A stretch of DNA of 64,000 nt, from positions 40,449,625-40,513,624 of the forward strand of contig NC_068994.1 in assembly GCF_001194135.2 (NCBI RefSeq), in the 5' to 3' direction. A program made the translations under genes and the position numbers. This stretch comes from Octopus bimaculoides. Its lineage: Eukaryota. Positions 62,264 to 64,000 of this stretch are shown in pieces. The notes beneath the pieces were generated by a model that worked only from the letters and a program-made list of their open reading frames with translations, made no database searches and was not told where the DNA came from. Every line of letters begins with the position of its first letter. Within the stretch, counting starts at the first letter, position 1.

Positions 62264-62555
62264 TACCGCACTACTATACACACATCAATCCCATCACTGC
62301 ACCTACACCCATCACACTGCCATAGCTACATCTACTGCACAGCCACTGCCTTTACCCACCACAAAGTCATGCCTACATCTACCACAGTTATTACTGCATC
62401 CATCACATGATCAACTGTGATCATCCATCACATGATCACTTACAACTGTGCTGTGTCTGTACCTCCCACACTTTCATACCTCCACCCACCACTCTGCTAT
62501 GCCTGCACCTATCACACAGTCATGCTTGGACCCACAATACAGCCATACATCTGCC
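62264..62555 (-). repeat. Degenerate tandem array of a ~23-bp unit derived from the SINE 5' end, attached to a SINE head at 62205-62285
   Basis: Units such as CACCACAAAGTCATGCCTACATC, CACCACTCTGCTATGCCTGCACC and TATCACACAGTCATGCTTGGACC match the reverse-complemented SINE start TACCACACAGCCACTCCTGCACC. Confidence 0.75.
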
Positions 62556-63089
62556 TTTTTATGAGCAAAATGTTTATCATGGTTAGTTAAAGATGCTTTG
62601 ATTCCTTTAATAGCAATTAAGAATAAAGATTTACATGAATTAGCAATAATTACATGGCTTTCGAAGTTGGAAAATGTGATTTCTGAAAAGTTAAAACCTA
62701 AGAATTAAGCATACTTCTAATGGAAATGGTAGGCTTTTCAAAGCAGCAGGAAAAGGAGTTTTAAATAAGTTTTGTGTACTCTGTCACTTCAAGTTTGAGA
62801 CCTTTAGCATATGCCTATCTCTTTTTTCTTGTCTTTCTTTCTTTTTTTTATGACTGGAAAAAGTGGCATAATAAATTGGAATGTTTCCAGAGATTTAGAC
62901 AGAAAAGAAATTGTTTCATTCATGTTCTGTGATAAAATAACCAAAGTTTTGAAACTGTTTCCCAAAAGATATAATTTGGAATAAGATTTTTATTTGCCTG
63001 GCATGGAAGAATACAAAGAAAAATTGAATGCATGGATTTTCATAAGACCTTAAATGTTTGCCAAATTACCTATAAGCACAAGAATGACT

Positions 63090-63480
63090 GCATCTTTAAG
63101 AAGTTTGCTTACATCCACATGGTTTGGGGTTCAGTCCTACAGCTTGGCACCTTGGTCAAGTGTCTTCTACTATAGCTCTGAATCGACCAATGCCTTGTGA
63201 GTAGATTTGGTAGACAGAAATTGTGTGGAAACCTGTTGTTTGTATATGTGTGTGTTGTGTGTGTGTGTATGTTTGTGCTTGATCCCACTCATAGCTTGAA
63301 AACTGGTGTTGGATTGTTTACATCCCTGTTACTTAGCACTTCTGCAAAAGGACTGATAGAATAAATACTAGACTTAAGATAAGAACTGGGGTTGATTTGT
63401 TTGACTAAACCCTTAAAGTGTACCCCAGTGTGGTTGAAGGGTTATGAGTGAAACAAATAAAAGGTAAAAGGTGAAAGATA
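63090..63480 (+). mobile_element. SINE group 1, diverged
   Basis: GGGTTCAGTCC...CACCTTGGTCAAGTGTCTTCTACTATAG...GAAACAAATAAAAGG. Confidence 0.85.
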
Positions 63481-64000
63481 GATATTTTCTAGAAACATAA
63501 TTAATTCTATAGTTTTTGCAAATTTATTGGAAATAACATTTAAAAAAAACATCTATTTTGTGCTGTATCATAGCTTTATAAATGGGTTTTCTGTAGTAAA
63601 AATACTTCGGTCATACTGGTATACTATGACTGTGGATATTTTCCGCAATCATTTAATTAGTTTTTCACAAACATTATTGCTATTGTGTTATTCAGACAAA
63701 AATCTTTCTATTGCAACTTCTCCCAAAGGACTAAGCGATATATAATATGGACTTCACTTATTATACAGATTGCCCACTATATGACCATCTAAAAACTATT
63801 GCTACAAATGTAATTCAGTAATCCTCTGTATTCAGATTGAAACTATCAGGAAGTTAGGATTATTCTGTAGGTAAAGATTGACATTATAGAATTCTCCTAC
63901 TGACAGGTTTCTTTGGTAATTCTTGATATTGACAGACGGCCACTTGTAACGTAGTTCTCATCAAAAATAGAAAAATTATGACATTTTCTAAAATGTCTTG

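Noticed and set aside
62264-62555. CRISPR-like array
   Set aside because: Eukaryotic context, units are adjacent and diverged with no unique spacers, and no cas genes

Overview
AT-rich, microsatellite-saturated eukaryotic non-coding DNA with eight N gaps. The repeat families look like those of an octopus (cephalopod) genome; this is an inference from recalled repeat sequences, not a search. I find no protein-coding gene, tRNA, rRNA or CRISPR array I can support: the long ORFs in the track are microsatellite or gap artefacts, or transposon debris. The window is a mosaic of mobile-element relics. These are (i) three tRNA-headed SINE groups in many copies, (ii) 5'-truncated RTE-clade LINE ends of two lineages plus faint CR1/L2 remnants, (iii) a Ty3/Gypsy integrase-PPT-LTR remnant and a possible solo LTR, (iv) DD37D (maT) and DD34D (mariner) transposon derivatives, mariner MITEs, piggyBac-type TTAA MITEs and a hAT MITE with a perfect 8-bp TSD, and (v) Penelope-like fragments. 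The best lead is an apparently intact minimal type I hammerhead ribozyme with an extra A after the core (30559-30604). It sits inside an inverted Penelope-like terminal repeat, and three CpG-decayed motifs of the same architecture occur elsewhere. Also notable are a nested, potentially bistable foldback element (45258-45569) and a tandem array of the SINE Pol III A-box segment (62264-62555). A few CpG-retaining unique islands carry splice-like signals and may belong to a host transcript, but this is unproven. Coordinates of degenerate repeats are approximate.
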